Positions 51,790 to 62,721 of a stretch of 64,000 bases of DNA are shown piece by piece. Numbering within the stretch: position 1 is the first letter of the stretch; every line of letters begins with the position of its first letter. The notes beneath the pieces are model-generated. The model was not told the DNA's origin. It made no database searches and saw only the letters and a program-made list of their open reading frames with translations. The position numbers and the translations under genes were made by a program. The DNA is from Candidatus Eiseniibacteriota bacterium. Its GTDB lineage: Bacteria; Eisenbacteria; RBG-16-71-46; JABDJR01. The stretch covers positions 704,001-768,000 of the forward strand of contig CAVXKA010000001.1 of NCBI GenBank assembly GCA_963762255.1, in the 5' to 3' direction.

Positions 51790-52260
51790 TTATCCACAGC
51801 GCCGCGCACAAGCCGAGCGCGCAGGCGCCGGACGAGTTAGGTCTGCTCGGGGGGCGTTCAGCGAGGCACAGGGGCCCGGTGAGCGCCACCCCCTTTCCAC
51901 AGCTGTGGAAAGGGCCACAACGTGAAGCCGTGTTTGCGTTTAGGTCTTGATCGAGGGTGCCGGGGGCTCGGGGTTGTCCACAGGTGCGAGTGACCCCGGA
52001 GGGGGATTCCTGAGTCACACCTTAAACCCTTGTGCTCCAGAAGCTTAGAAGCAATGAAACCGTGGCTGAACCTCGGTTTCGAGCGTTGCGGCAGGATAGC
52101 ACAGGCCCCTGGGGCCCTCAACTCGAAATCCGGGGGGTGTGCGCAGCACTTAACTCATTATGTATGAATAGAATACATCGTTATTTTCGCGTTCAGTCTT
52201 ACGCGAGCCGCAGAGAAGTCCAGAATGTGGAATATTCACCAGATGACCGGGATTCCACAA
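51790..52260. other. oriC upstream sub-region/dnaA promoter region with DnaA boxes
   Basis: Perfect TTATCCACA at 51790-51798; palindromic pair CTTTCCACAGCTGTGGAAAG at about 51892-51911; TTGTCCACA 51974-51982; more boxes near 52226 and 52252; AT-rich tract 52150-52190. Confidence 0.8.
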
Positions 52261-52307
52261 CGCGGGGGTGGGCTTGAGATTAACCTCGTGGACCACCCGC
52301 TCGCGGC

Positions 52308-52336
52308 TTGACTCGAGCGCGCCCGAATCGTACTCT
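52308..52336 (+). promoter_or_regulatory. Sigma70 promoter of the rpmH operon
   Basis: TTGACT-17 nt-TACTCT. Confidence 0.6.
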
Positions 52337-52428
52337 CTTTCGTCCTGTCCCGAATCAGGCACTTTGTGCCGCCGAGGACCCGCCCCGGGGTTCTCCGAAC
52401 CCTACCACCGAACTTATGGGGGAGCATC

Positions 52429-52563
52429 GTGAAACGCACCTTCCAACCGCACAATCGCAGGCGCAAGAAGAAGCACGGCTTTCGTGCGCGCATGAAGACG
52501 AAGGGCGGACGCCTTGTCTTGAAGCGCCGCCGCGCCAAGGGCAGAGCCCGGCTCGTCGTGTAG
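52429..52563 (+). CDS. rpmH: 50S ribosomal protein L34
   Basis: [44 protein letters not shown]; GGAG RBS. Confidence 0.97.
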   Translation: MKRTFQPHNRRRKKKHGFRARMKTKGGRLVLKRRRAKGRARLVV

Positions 52564-52976
52564 TGTCCCTTGACGGGGCACGTCGAGGGGATCGCGATCT
52601 AGGCCTCGATCGGAGCCAGCGGCTTCACCGAACCGGCGAGTTTCAACGCGTTTACCGCGAAGGTGTCTCCTTCCCCGGCCGGTTCCAGGTTCTCTTCGTT
52701 CTGCGCGCCCCTGAACTCCAGCGCAAGGCCGGCTTCGTGGCCGGTCGCAGGGTGGGCAACGCGGTGCGGCGCGCGCGGTCCAAGCGACTCATGCGCGAAG
52801 CCTACCGGCGCCTCAAGGTCGAACTCCCCGAGTCAGGTCTGAATTTGGTGCTCGTGGCCCGGGTCGGGTGCGCCCAAGCCGGCGGGGCCGCTGTTGCGAC
52901 AGACCTCTCCGCCCTTCTGCGGCGGGCCGGCCTGTCGCCCCCCTCATCGGGCTCGGCTGAGCCCGGGGGACGCTGA
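52563..52976 (+). CDS. rnpA: Ribonuclease P protein component
   Basis: RL...[30 protein letters not shown]; synteny. Confidence 0.92.
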   Translation: MSLDGARRGDRDLGLDRSQRLHRTGEFQRVYREGVSFPGRFQVLFVLRAPELQRKAGFVAGRRVGNAVRRARSKRLMREAYRRLKVELPESGLNLVLVARVGCAQAGGAAVATDLSALLRRAGLSPPSSGSAEPGGR

Positions 52977-52978
52977 GG

Positions 52979-53233
52979 TTGAACGGACACGCATTGGATC
53001 GATTCCCTGACTCGTTCCTCTCCCGAGCCGCGATCACGCTGCTTCGCGCTTACCAGCGGCTGGTGTCCCCGCTCTTCCCTCCGTCCTGCCGCTTTTCCCC
53101 GAGTTGTTCGCAGTACGCCGTGGAGGCGATCCAGCGGTTCGGAGTGTTCCGAGGCGGCTGGATGACTCTGCGGCGCCTTCTGCGTTGTCATCCCTTTCAT
53201 CCCGGAGGCCACGACCCCGTCGAGGGGCCCTAG
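52979..53233 (+). CDS. yidD: Membrane protein insertion efficiency factor
   Basis: [34 protein letters not shown]. Confidence 0.95.
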   Translation: MNGHALDRFPDSFLSRAAITLLRAYQRLVSPLFPPSCRFSPSCSQYAVEAIQRFGVFRGGWMTLRRLLRCHPFHPGGHDPVEGP

Positions 53234-53255
53234 CCGCGAAGCCCCGAGGAGATCC

Positions 53256-54893
53256 ATGGATCGCCGATTCTTCATGGCCATAGTTCTCTCCGCCCTCGTG
53301 CTGATCACGTTCCAGATGTTCCTGGCTCCCAAGCAGCCGACGGAACCGGTTCCGACGCCCCCGGTGTCTCGGGCCGAGCCGGGTGACGACACGCCCCCCG
53401 AGGTACGAGCGGCTGAAACCGCCGCTGGTGTGGTGGGTGGCTCCGTGCAGCAGCCGGGGCCCGCCTTCAGTCGGGCCGCGACTGAAACGACGGTGAGTTT
53501 CCGAACGGATGACTACGCGGTGACCCTCACGAACCGCGGGGCCCGAATCCAGAGTTGGCGGCTGCTGAAGTACGCGGGCAAGACCGGCGAGCCGGTGGAG
53601 CTGGTCGGCGGGGACCCGGAGCTCGATCTTGAGCTGGAGACGGAGGCCGGCCCCATCGACTTGGGGCAAGCCCTGTACGACACAAGGGAGGAGACCCTCT
53701 CCGACGGCGGTCGCCGCATCGTGTTCAGCGCCGGGTTGGAGGAAGGCGTCCGGATCACGAAGACCTACTCATTGCCCGCCGAGGGCTATCTTGTCGATCT
53801 CAGCGTGGACATCTCCGGCGCCGCGGACGCGGTCGGTTATCGGCTGATCTGGAGAGACGCCGTTCCCCCCGCCGAGAAGAGCCCCAAGCTCGACGAGCAG
53901 GCCTCGGGGACGATTGCCCTTCTCGGCAATCAACGGGAGACGGTGCGCCCCGGCTCCTTCAAGCGATCGCCGGAGAAGGTGCTCGAAGGAAACGTCCGTT
54001 GGGTGGGGGTCCGGAACAAGTACTTCATGGCGGTGGTGGTCCCCCCCGACGGCGCCACCAGCCGCGTGGTGGCCACCGGGGACGCCGTTACCCGCGCCTC
54101 GGGCGCCGAAATCGTGATGCCGCTCCTGCGCGGCACGGGCAGCGATCAGTTCAAGGTATACCTGGGCCCCATCGACTACGACGGCCTCAAGTCCGTCGGC
54201 CACGAACTCGAGCGCGCGGTCGATCTTGGGTGGAACATCTTCCGCCCGATCTCGAAGGCGCTGCTTTGGCTCATGGTCTGGCTACACGGCATCCTCCCCA
54301 ACTACGGGGTAGTGATCATCATCGTGTCCGCCCTGACCAAGGTGATCTTCTACCCGCTCACCCGCACCAGCATGCGCAGCATGAAGGCGATGCAGCACCT
54401 GCAACCGCAGATCAAGGCGATGCAGGAGAAGTACAAGGGGGATCCGCAGCGCTCGCAGGCCGAGATGATGAAGCTCTACAAGGAGAACAAGGTCAACCCG
54501 ATGGGCGGCTGCCTGCCGATCGTGGTGCAGATGCCGGTGTTCTTCGCCCTCTACTCGGTCCTCGCGAACAGCATCGCGATGCGCGGGGCCGGTTTCATGC
54601 TCTGGATCAACGATCTGTCCGTTCCCGACACCGTGGCGACCATCAGCGGCTTTTCCATCCACGTCCTGCCGTTTCTCCTCTTCGTCACCACCATCCTCCA
54701 GCAGAAGTTGACGCCGATGTCTGCCGATCCGCGGCAGAAGATGATGGGATACATGATGCCGGCGGTGATGCTCTTCATCTTCTACTCGTTCCCCGCGGGC
54801 CTGAACCTGTACTGGACCGTGAACAACATTCTGACCGTGGCGCAGCAATGGTGGGTCCACCGCGAGGGGAGCGAGGCGCCGTCGCGCGCGTGA
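53256..54893 (+). CDS. yidC: Membrane protein insertase YidC
   Basis: NYGVVII, LYKENKVNPMGGCLP, WINDLS.PD, PAGLNLYW. Confidence 0.96.
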   Translation: MDRRFFMAIVLSALVLITFQMFLAPKQPTEPVPTPPVSRAEPGDDTPPEVRAAETAAGVVGGSVQQPGPAFSRAATETTVSFRTDDYAVTLTNRGARIQSWRLLKYAGKTGEPVELVGGDPELDLELETEAGPIDLGQALYDTREETLSDGGRRIVFSAGLEEGVRITKTYSLPAEGYLVDLSVDISGAADAVGYRLIWRDAVPPAEKSPKLDEQASGTIALLGNQRETVRPGSFKRSPEKVLEGNVRWVGVRNKYFMAVVVPPDGATSRVVATGDAVTRASGAEIVMPLLRGTGSDQFKVYLGPIDYDGLKSVGHELERAVDLGWNIFRPISKALLWLMVWLHGILPNYGVVIIIVSALTKVIFYPLTRTSMRSMKAMQHLQPQIKAMQEKYKGDPQRSQAEMMKLYKENKVNPMGGCLPIVVQMPVFFALYSVLANSIAMRGAGFMLWINDLSVPDTVATISGFSIHVLPFLLFVTTILQQKLTPMSADPRQKMMGYMMPAVMLFIFYSFPAGLNLYWTVNNILTVAQQWWVHREGSEAPSRA

Positions 54894-55597
54894 CGCCCAT
54901 GAACAGCATGTCGCCGGTGGCGGCACAGACCGCGGATGCGCTGGAATTCGTCGGGGACACCATCGAGGACGCCCTGGCCTCGGCGCTGCGCGCTCTGGGG
55001 CTCACCGCCGAAGAGGCCGAGGTGGACGTGCTCGACCGCGGAACGCGCGGGTTCCTTGGCTTCGGTGGCCGCCCCGCCAGGGTGCGAGTGGCTTCGCGGG
55101 CGCGGCTTGAGCCGACGGTTCAGAAGATGGCCGAGGAGTTGTTGCGGCTGATGCGTATCCCCGCCGAGATCGCGGTCACCCGCACCGGCGGCGGCGTGAC
55201 GGTGGAAATTCGCGGCGGAGAAGCGGACGGGCTGCTCATCGGTCGCAAGGGAGAGACGCTCGCCGCGCTCCAGCACCTCCTGGTGCGCATGGCGGCGCGG
55301 CGCGTGAACGGGGACGCCGGGGTGATTCAGGTGGACGTAGCCGGCTACCGCGGCCGCCGCGAAGACCATCTGCGCGAACTGGCCCGCGAACTCGCGGACC
55401 GCGTTCGTCGTACCGGCCACCGCACCATGACCGAGCCCCTCTCGCCGGCGGAACGACGGGTCGTTCATCAGGCCCTCGTCGATGAGGGCGGCGTGGAAAG
55501 CCACGCCGCGGGTGCGGGACTGCACAAACGGGTGGTTCTCCTGCCCGCGCGACACGGCGGACAGAGCGAGACCGCACCTGACAACGGCCGCGCGTGA
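54890..55597 (+). CDS. jag: Jag/EloR (KhpB) RNA-binding protein
   Basis: Jag_N (GFLGFG), KH (LIGRKGETLAALQ), R3H (ERRVVH). Start 54890 or 54899. Confidence 0.92.
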   Translation: MTPMNSMSPVAAQTADALEFVGDTIEDALASALRALGLTAEEAEVDVLDRGTRGFLGFGGRPARVRVASRARLEPTVQKMAEELLRLMRIPAEIAVTRTGGGVTVEIRGGEADGLLIGRKGETLAALQHLLVRMAARRVNGDAGVIQVDVAGYRGRREDHLRELARELADRVRRTGHRTMTEPLSPAERRVVHQALVDEGGVESHAAGAGLHKRVVLLPARHGGQSETAPDNGRA

Positions 55598-56976
55598 GCG
55601 CCGGCACGTCTGCCGACACCATCGTTGCCCTGGCCACGCCTCCCGGCGGTGGAGCGCTTGCCGTCGTCCGCGTGAGCGGCCCCGGCTCCATTGCTGCGGC
55701 GGGGCGCGTCTTTCGCGGACATCGCAGCCTTGAGGATGTCGCCGGATTCGAGGGCGCGCACGGGTGGATCGAGGGGCGCGAGGGTCCGGTGGACGAAGTC
55801 GTGGCGTGGGTGTACCACGCGCCGCGTTCCTATACCGGCGAGAACATGGTGGAGATCTCGTGCCACGGCGGGACGGTTTCGGCCGGTCGGGTGATCGAAT
55901 CGCTCTGGGCCCAGGGGGCGCGACCCGCGGAGCCGGGAGAGTTCACCCGGCGCGCGTTCTTGAACGGCAGGATGGATCTGGCGCAGGCGGAGGCCGTGGC
56001 GGATCTGATCGCCGCCCGCGGGCGGCGCGCGCACGATCAGGCGCTGGCGAATCTGCGCGGAGGCCTGTCGCGGCGCGTGCGGGAGTTAGCCGCGGATATC
56101 CGCGGAACGCTGGCCCGCATCGAAGCGCATCTCGATTTCGGCGACGATGTGCCCGAAGCGCCCGATGCAGAGGAGCTGGCCCGCGATCTCGATCGCACAC
56201 AACGCGAGCTGAACCGCCTGGCCGACAGCTATGCCAGATCCCGCGGGGCTCGCGATGGACTGGTCGTGGCCATCACCGGGCGCCCCAATGTAGGGAAGTC
56301 GTCGCTGTTGAACGCGCTTGCCGGGTTCGATCGCGCCATCGTGCACGAGGCGCCGGGGACGACGCGAGATGTCGTCGATGCCGTGGTCGAATGGGCCGGG
56401 GTGCCGGTGCGGATCGTCGACACCGCGGGGCATCGGGGGGACGCCGGCGAAGTCGAGCGTGCAGGGATGGAGCGAAGTCGGCTGGAGGCGTCTCGCGCCG
56501 ATCTGGTGCTCTGGGTGGTGGAGGCGACAGAACCCCCGGGTGCCGAGGACCATGCCGCGGTTGCGGAGCTCGACGGCGCGCGCGTTCACCTGGTCATGAA
56601 CAAGACCGATCTTGGGCCTCCCCACTCCGACTGGTCGGCGGCGGGAAACGTGAGGGCGCGCCACGTGACTTCCGCGCGCACCGGGGAGGGCATCGGAGAT
56701 CTTGCCCTCGCGCTCGAGGCGGAACTGAGAGGAGACATCGTCACCGCCCCCGAAGAGGAACCGGCCTGGGTGGCCAACGAGCGCCACGCGCACGAGCTGG
56801 CTCGCGCGGCGCGAGCCCTCGATCGCGCCCGACAAATCCTGGAGCGCGGTGAACCCGTGGAGCTCGCCGCCGCGGATCTTCATCGAAGCCTGGAGAGCTT
56901 GGCCTCCATCACCGGCGAGCGCGCCGGCGAGGATCTGCTGAACGAGATCTTCCGGCGCTTCTGCATCGGCAAATGA
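55594..56976 (+). CDS. mnmE: tRNA modification GTPase MnmE
   Basis: [51 protein letters not shown]. Confidence 0.97.
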   Translation: MSAGTSADTIVALATPPGGGALAVVRVSGPGSIAAAGRVFRGHRSLEDVAGFEGAHGWIEGREGPVDEVVAWVYHAPRSYTGENMVEISCHGGTVSAGRVIESLWAQGARPAEPGEFTRRAFLNGRMDLAQAEAVADLIAARGRRAHDQALANLRGGLSRRVRELAADIRGTLARIEAHLDFGDDVPEAPDAEELARDLDRTQRELNRLADSYARSRGARDGLVVAITGRPNVGKSSLLNALAGFDRAIVHEAPGTTRDVVDAVVEWAGVPVRIVDTAGHRGDAGEVERAGMERSRLEASRADLVLWVVEATEPPGAEDHAAVAELDGARVHLVMNKTDLGPPHSDWSAAGNVRARHVTSARTGEGIGDLALALEAELRGDIVTAPEEEPAWVANERHAHELARAARALDRARQILERGEPVELAAADLHRSLESLASITGERAGEDLLNEIFRRFCIGK

Positions 56977-58877
56977 CCGGCGACATCTACGACATCGTCG
57001 TCATCGGCGCCGGACACGCGGGTTGCGAGGCGGCCTCGGCATCCGCGCGTCTCGGCATGCGGACCCTCCTGCTCACGCTGAACCTGGACCACGTCGCCCA
57101 GATGTCCTGCAACCCGGCGATCGGCGGGGTGGGCAAGGGACAGATGGTGCGGGAGATCGACGCCCTGGGCGGACTCATGGCGCGCACCATTGACGCCACC
57201 GGTATTCAATTCCGCATGTTGAACCGCAGCAAGGGCCCGGCAGTCCATTCTCCCCGGGCGCAGGCCGACAAGCGACGTTATCAGCACGCGATGCGCCGCG
57301 CGGTGGAGAGCACGCCGGGGCTCGATCTTCGGCAGGGGCAGGTTGTCGAGATCGTTCTCGACGGCGAGCGCATCGCCGGCGTTGTTCTGCAGAGCGGCCG
57401 GCACGTCGCCTGCCGAGCCCTCGTCATCACCCCCGGCACGTTTCTCAACGGGCTCATCCACCTGGGCGAGTCGCACTATCCGGGCGGCCGCAGCGGCGAG
57501 ATCTCGGCGCCCCTGCTATCGGAATCCCTGCGCGCGCGCGGGTTCCGGCTGGGGCGCATGAAGACCGGCACGCCCCCGCGACTACACCGGCGCAGCATCG
57601 ACTTCGAGCGGCTCGCCGTCCAGCGCGGGGACGAACCACCGGAACCGTTTTCGCATTTCACTTCCGCGCTCGACGTGGACCAGGTGACCTGCTGGGTGAC
57701 GCGCACCACCGAGGCCACCCACGCCGTGATCCGCGAGAACATGCACCTGTCGCCGCTCTATTCCGGCCGCATCCGCGGTGTGGGCCCTCGGTATTGCCCG
57801 TCCATCGAAGACAAGGTCGTCAAGTTCCCCGATCGAGACGGCCATCACCTGTGGATCGAACCGGAGGGGCGCGACACCGACGAGATGTATGTGAACGGTC
57901 TCTCCACCAGCCTCCCCGAGGATGTGCAGATGCGCATTCTCGCCACGGTGCCCGGGCTCGAGGAAGCTGAGATGCTGCGGCCGGGCTACGCGGTGGAATA
58001 CGACTTCGTATTTCCGGACCAGCTCCACGCAAGCCTGGAGACGAAACTCGTGCGGAACCTGTTCCTCGCCGGACAGATCAACGGCACCACCGGATACGAA
58101 GAGGCAGCGGGACAGGGGCTACTAGCCGGCATCAACGCCGCCCGGTCGCTGCGCGGCGAGCCTGCGGTGGTCCTGCGGCGCTGGGAAGCTTACGTCGGGG
58201 TCATGATCGACGATCTGGTGACCCTGGGGACCGAAGAGCCCTATCGGGTATTCACGTCCCAATCCGAATACCGCCTATTGCTTCGAAACGACAATGCGGA
58301 TGAGCGACTCATGCCTCTGGGCGCGGAGCTGGGGCTGGTCGCGGCGGCGGAGCGCGCAGTGTGGCTGGACAGGCGCGAACGCATCCGCGTCGAGCGGCGA
58401 AGACTTCGTGACACCACGGTCTCCGTCCATCGAATCCGTGCTGCGCTGCCCGCTCTCGATCTTCCCGAATTCGGGGGCGCGAGCCTCGAGGAATTGCTCC
58501 GCCGCCCGGGTGTGGCCTATCGCGACCTGGTCGCGTTCTCGGACGGCGGGCTCCTACCGGAAGATCTTGGCCGGCGCGTGGAGATCGAAGTGAAGTACGC
58601 CGGTTACATCCGCCGCGAGGAAGAGAGCCTTCAGAGGCAGCAGACCATGGAGGATCGCGCCATCCCGAGCGCGTTCTGGGCGGGGCCTCTCCGCGGAGTG
58701 TCCAACGAAGGCCGTGAGGCGCTTCTACGCGTGCGGCCGGAAAACGTGGGGCAAGCCGCTCGAGTGCGCGGCGTGTCGCCGGCGGATCTCGGCGTGCTCT
58801 TGATCCGGCTCGAGGAGTTTCAGAAGATGGGCGCCGACGGCCACGGTCCGCCGCGCGAAGGAGGAGGCGATCGGTGA
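56973..58877 (+). CDS. mnmG: tRNA uridine 5-carboxymethylaminomethyl modification enzyme MnmG (GidA)
   Basis: [50 protein letters not shown]. Confidence 0.97.
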   Translation: MTGDIYDIVVIGAGHAGCEAASASARLGMRTLLLTLNLDHVAQMSCNPAIGGVGKGQMVREIDALGGLMARTIDATGIQFRMLNRSKGPAVHSPRAQADKRRYQHAMRRAVESTPGLDLRQGQVVEIVLDGERIAGVVLQSGRHVACRALVITPGTFLNGLIHLGESHYPGGRSGEISAPLLSESLRARGFRLGRMKTGTPPRLHRRSIDFERLAVQRGDEPPEPFSHFTSALDVDQVTCWVTRTTEATHAVIRENMHLSPLYSGRIRGVGPRYCPSIEDKVVKFPDRDGHHLWIEPEGRDTDEMYVNGLSTSLPEDVQMRILATVPGLEEAEMLRPGYAVEYDFVFPDQLHASLETKLVRNLFLAGQINGTTGYEEAAGQGLLAGINAARSLRGEPAVVLRRWEAYVGVMIDDLVTLGTEEPYRVFTSQSEYRLLLRNDNADERLMPLGAELGLVAAAERAVWLDRRERIRVERRRLRDTTVSVHRIRAALPALDLPEFGGASLEELLRRPGVAYRDLVAFSDGGLLPEDLGRRVEIEVKYAGYIRREEESLQRQQTMEDRAIPSAFWAGPLRGVSNEGREALLRVRPENVGQAARVRGVSPADLGVLLIRLEEFQKMGADGHGPPREGGGDR

Positions 58878-59506
58878 ACGATAAAGAACAATTTCTAGCA
58901 TGGATTGATGATAATATAGTCGATATATCAGAGTCGGCCCGCGAGCGACTTCTGCAGTTCGCGGACATGGTTATCGAGGGGAGCGAGCGAATGGGGCTGG
59001 TCGCGCGCGGCGACCTCCCGCGACTGTACATGCGACACCTACGGGAGGCGGTCGCCCCGGCCCTCTTGGCCGCGATCCCAGCCGGGGCAAAGGTGCTGGA
59101 TGTGGGTAGTGGAGGTGGTTTTCCGGGGGTGCCATTGGCTATCTTGCGCAATGATATAGAGATAACGCTTCTGGAGCCGCGCCATCGGCGGGCGGCCTTC
59201 CTCGAACGCGCGGTCCTGGTCTTGGGGCTTGGAGAAGTGAAGGTCCACACGGCGTCCATGGATGCCTTCTCGCTGCAACCGGGAGGTCCGCGATTCGATT
59301 GGGTCGTCTCGCGAGGTGTTGCGTGGACGGCGCCGATGATCCGGTGCCTCGGGAGCGTCACGCTGGACGATGCCGTGCTGATTCGCTTTGGCTCTCCAGG
59401 GTTCGAACATCCGGGGGTACAGGTGATTCCGATAGATGGCGAAGCACCTCGATCGATCCAGATTTGGCCGCGCCCCACGTGGGAGGGGCTCCCGCAGGCG
59501 CGATGA
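58874..59506 (+). CDS. rsmG: 16S rRNA m7G527 methyltransferase RsmG (GidB), divergent
   Basis: [30 protein letters not shown]; synteny. Confidence 0.9.
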   Translation: MNDKEQFLAWIDDNIVDISESARERLLQFADMVIEGSERMGLVARGDLPRLYMRHLREAVAPALLAAIPAGAKVLDVGSGGGFPGVPLAILRNDIEITLLEPRHRRAAFLERAVLVLGLGEVKVHTASMDAFSLQPGGPRFDWVVSRGVAWTAPMIRCLGSVTLDDAVLIRFGSPGFEHPGVQVIPIDGEAPRSIQIWPRPTWEGLPQAR

Positions 59507-59555
59507 GCCAGGAGGGTGCACTGCTGGCGGGCGGTCCGCCCCCAGTGGATGCGAA

Positions 59556-59571
59556 TGTTTCACGTGAAACA
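59556..59571. promoter_or_regulatory. parS site
   Basis: Perfect palindrome TGTTTCACGTGAAACA. Confidence 0.95.
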
Positions 59572-59761
59572 GCGGTTCCCCGCGGCCTCCCGACAGGCGC
59601 ATCGTTTGTACAGTTGTATTGAGTTGTTTTGTTGGTTGCGCCCCGGCTCCCCATGAGGTTTTCGGGGGTTGCCACCTTGGGAATCTGCAAGAGGGCCGGC
59701 CGGGCTCCAGCCCGCTCCAGGGAGCCGGGGCGCGCGCTGGCGCCCCCTCCGGTCAGCCCTA

Positions 59762-59777
59762 CGTTTCACGTGAAACA
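59762..59777. promoter_or_regulatory. parS site
   Basis: CGTTTCACGTGAAACA. Confidence 0.93.
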
Positions 59778-59852
59778 GGGGCGGCCCAGAGAGCGCCACG
59801 TCGTGATCCTTGAACCGACCCGCGGTCGCTTCACGCGAACGATGGGCACAGT

Positions 59853-59868
59853 AGTTTCACGTGAAACA
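59853..59868. promoter_or_regulatory. parS site
   Basis: AGTTTCACGTGAAACA. Confidence 0.93.
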
Positions 59869-60066
59869 TAGACGCAGCGCCCCTCCCGCAAGACCAGGGG
59901 CCCGCTGCGGAATGAAACCGGCGCGAGCGGTTTCAGGGGGCGCTTCCGGATTGACACGGCGGCTGTCTCGGGCGCAGTATTGCGCCCTGGCCGGCGGGTC
60001 ATCGTATGTGTCGGCTCTGTTAACTGAATACAAAATACGAGGTTGATGGCTGGTGACCCCGCTGGG

Positions 60067-60195
60067 GTCCAGTTCCGGAGTCCAGTTCCGGAGTCCAGTT
60101 CCGGGGCCCGGCTCCTGGGTCCAGCTCCTGGGTCCGGCTCTCGGTCCGGCTCCCGGGTCCAGCTCCTGGGCCCGGTTCCTGGGCCCGGCTCCGGG
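60067..60195. repeat. Ten tandem about 13-bp repeats (consensus GYCCRGYTCCYGG)
   Basis: GTCCAGTTCCGGA x2, GTCCAGTTCCGGG, GCCCGGCTCCTGG, GTCCAGCTCCTGG and further variants, upstream of parA. Confidence 0.9.
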
Positions 60196-60249
60196 GTCCC
60201 CCGCGATGTTGCCCGCCGGGTCCTCACCCGTTCGGAAAGGAAGCCGGTC

Positions 60250-61044
60250 GTGCATCGGTTCATTGCAATCGCCAACCAGAAAGGCGGCGTCGGCAAGACC
60301 ACTACCGCAGTGAATCTCGCCGCCGCGCTCGCCACCCTTGGCCGGCGGGTCCTCCTGATGGACATGGACCCGCAGGGAAACGCGGGAAGCGGGTTCGGAA
60401 TCTCGGCCAATCAGGTCGAGAAGGGGATCTATGAAGTCCTGACTGACAGTTGCCCGCTGATCGAAGCCATCTCGCCCACGGTGATGCCGGGCGTGGATCT
60501 GGTTCCATCTGGGCAACGTCTTATTGGGGCTGAAGTTGAGCTGGTTTCCACTCCCAATCGGGAGCACGTGCTCGCCGCGCATCTTCAGGGTGTTCGAGAA
60601 CGGTACGACTTCATCCTGGCGGATTGCCCGCCATCCCTCGGTCTTCTCACCGTGAACACCCTCACCGCTGCCGACGCCGTTCTGGTCCCGATCCAGTGCG
60701 AGTACTACGCCCTCGAGGGGCTGACTCAACTTCTGAACGCCATCCGCCTCATCCAGCAGTCGCTCAATCCCGGGCTCGAGATCGAGGGGATTCTCCTCAC
60801 GATGTACGACTCGCGTCTGAACCTCTCCCAGGAAGTGGCCCAAGAAGCCAGAAAGTTCTTCAGTGGAAGGGTTTACGAGAGCGTGATTCCCCGCAATGTC
60901 CGGCTGAGCGAGGCGCCCTCCTTTGGGATGCCCGTCATCCAATACGATCGCGCCTGCGCCGGCGCGCAAAGCTACATCAACCTGGCCCACGAGATCTTGG
61001 CCCACGAGGCCGAGCGCGAAAGAGAGACGGTGACCCATGAATAG
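60250..61044 (+). CDS. parA: Chromosome partitioning ATPase ParA (Soj)
   Basis: IANQKGGVGKTTT, DMDPQGNA, DCPPSLG, QCEYYALEG, IPRNVRLSEAPS; GTG 60250 with AAGG upstream. Confidence 0.96.
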   Translation: MHRFIAIANQKGGVGKTTTAVNLAAALATLGRRVLLMDMDPQGNAGSGFGISANQVEKGIYEVLTDSCPLIEAISPTVMPGVDLVPSGQRLIGAEVELVSTPNREHVLAAHLQGVRERYDFILADCPPSLGLLTVNTLTAADAVLVPIQCEYYALEGLTQLLNAIRLIQQSLNPGLEIEGILLTMYDSRLNLSQEVAQEARKFFSGRVYESVIPRNVRLSEAPSFGMPVIQYDRACAGAQSYINLAHEILAHEAERERETVTHE

Positions 61045-61924
61045 GAAAGCTCTTGGCCGCGGACTGGAGGCGCTCATCCCGGCGGCCCCGACCTCGGCGC
61101 CGACTCCGGCCACCCCGTCGCCTGAAAGCGAAGCTTCCGGCAGTCGCGCGGTGCCGGTGGAGCGCATACGACCGAATCCCTATCAACCCCGAACCCAGTT
61201 CGATGCGGAGGCCTTGAGAGAGCTGGCGGATTCGATCCGCGAGAACGGGCTCCTGCAGCCACTTCTGGTGCGAGACGCCGGCCACGGGGAATTCGAGCTC
61301 ATCGCTGGCGAGCGAAGGTTCATCGCCGCGAAACAGGCGGGCCTGCGCGAGGTTCCGGTGGTTGTGCGCACCGCGTCGAAACGGGAGATGCTGCAGATGG
61401 CGCTCGTGGAGAACCTCCAGCGCCAAGACCTGAACGGGATCGAAGAGGCAGAAGCCTACCAGCGCCTCGCCACGGAGTTCGGGCTGACCCAGGAAGTGAT
61501 TGCCGATCGCGTGGGCAAGAGCCGTGTCGCCGTGACCAACGCGCTCCGCCTCCTTTCGTTGGAGGAGGAGTACCGCGACATGGTTTCACGTGGAACGCTC
61601 ACCGCGGGGCACGCACGCGCACTGCTCTCGGTCGCTGAGGGCTCGGCGCGCCGCCGCCTGGCGAACGACATCGTGAAGCAGGGGCTCTCTGTGCGGCAGG
61701 CCGAGGTGCGTGCGCAAGGTCAGCGGCCAAAATCGGCGCGCCCCGCAGCGCGTCGCCGATCCCATCCCGCGCTCGGAGAGTGGGAAGATCGGTTGCGTGC
61801 CCGCTTCGGCACGCAGGTGCGCATCGCCGGGGGCATCGCCCGCGGCCGCGTCGAGATCCACTACTTCAGCGAAGAGGATCTGGAGCGGATCCTCGAATTG
61901 AGTGGGGTTGGGTCTGGACTCTAG
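61037..61924 (+). CDS. parB: Chromosome partitioning protein ParB (Spo0J)
   Basis: LGRGLEAL, PNPYQPR, IAGERR, ENLQRQDLN, GKSR..VTNALRLL, GHARAL. Confidence 0.96.
   Translation: MNRKALGRGLEALIPAAPTSAPTPATPSPESEASGSRAVPVERIRPNPYQPRTQFDAEALRELADSIRENGLLQPLLVRDAGHGEFELIAGERRFIAAKQAGLREVPVVVRTASKREMLQMALVENLQRQDLNGIEEAEAYQRLATEFGLTQEVIADRVGKSRVAVTNALRLLSLEEEYRDMVSRGTLTAGHARALLSVAEGSARRRLANDIVKQGLSVRQAEVRAQGQRPKSARPAARRRSHPALGEWEDRLRARFGTQVRIAGGIARGRVEIHYFSEEDLERILELSGVGSGL
61582..61597. promoter_or_regulatory. parS site within parB
   Basis: GGTTTCACGTGGAACG. Confidence 0.8.
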
Positions 61925-61933
61925 GACACTCCG

Positions 61934-62713
61934 GTGACTCAGGAAGCGGAGCACGCATACCACATCTCCATCGTCATCCCCCGCTCGCGGGGGCGGAAGC
62001 CCGTGGTGCTGAGCGTGGCTCGGGCCTGGGCCTGGGTCGCCACCCTCCTGTTCATGGGGCTTCTTGGCGCGGCGGTGGTTGCCGTGGTCACCTACGCACA
62101 GGCGATGCGGCGACTTCACGAGTACTCCGCGCTGGCGGTCGAAGTAGAGACGCTCCGGCGTCAGAATCAAGCCGTGAAGGAGCTGGAGTCCGAGTTGAAA
62201 GATCTGCGTGCGCTGCAGCAGCAGATGCTCCACTTGGCAGGCATTCGCCCCGCGCTAGGGACCGACGGAGGCCTAACTTCCGAGCTCCCGGGGTCGGGTC
62301 GCGCCTTCGATGGCGACGCACCGAAACTCGTCTTCTGGCCGGTGGAGGGAGAGATCGTTCGGGTTTACGATCGTACTCATGCCGCAGTCGATATTGCGGC
62401 ACCGCGCAAGCGCTCCGTCATGGCCGCGGGCTCCGGTGTCGTGACGGAAGCGAACCGAGACAAGCGGCTCGGATTGCGCCTCGTAATCGCCCATGGCGAT
62501 TCTCTGATGACGGTCTATGCAAGCAACGAGGTGAACCTCGTTGCCCCCGGTGATTCGGTGGAGGCCGGGCAGGTGATTGCCCTGGTCGGGGTCTGTGCAG
62601 AGAGCGCGGTGCCCCATCTCCACTTCGAGGTGAGGAAAGGGAGTTTACCCATGAGGCCCCGGGATGCCATCCCGGACCTCTTCCCCGACGAAGAGACTTC
62701 GGGGAGCCAATAG
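61934..62713 (+). CDS. M23 family peptidase (TM anchor, coiled coil)
   Basis: WPVEG, HAAVDI, V.AGQVIA.VG, PHLHFEVR. Confidence 0.88.
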   Translation: MTQEAEHAYHISIVIPRSRGRKPVVLSVARAWAWVATLLFMGLLGAAVVAVVTYAQAMRRLHEYSALAVEVETLRRQNQAVKELESELKDLRALQQQMLHLAGIRPALGTDGGLTSELPGSGRAFDGDAPKLVFWPVEGEIVRVYDRTHAAVDIAAPRKRSVMAAGSGVVTEANRDKRLGLRLVIAHGDSLMTVYASNEVNLVAPGDSVEAGQVIALVGVCAESAVPHLHFEVRKGSLPMRPRDAIPDLFPDEETSGSQ

Positions 62714-62721
62714 GAGGAGCC

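Noticed and set aside
60067-60195. CRISPR array
   Set aside because: Repeats are contiguous with no unique spacers, too short, and no cas genes are present.
60043-60249. N-terminal extension of ParA through the repeat
   Set aside because: The 13-nt period gives no consistent peptide repeat; GTG 60250 has an SD-like sequence and yields a normal ParA length.
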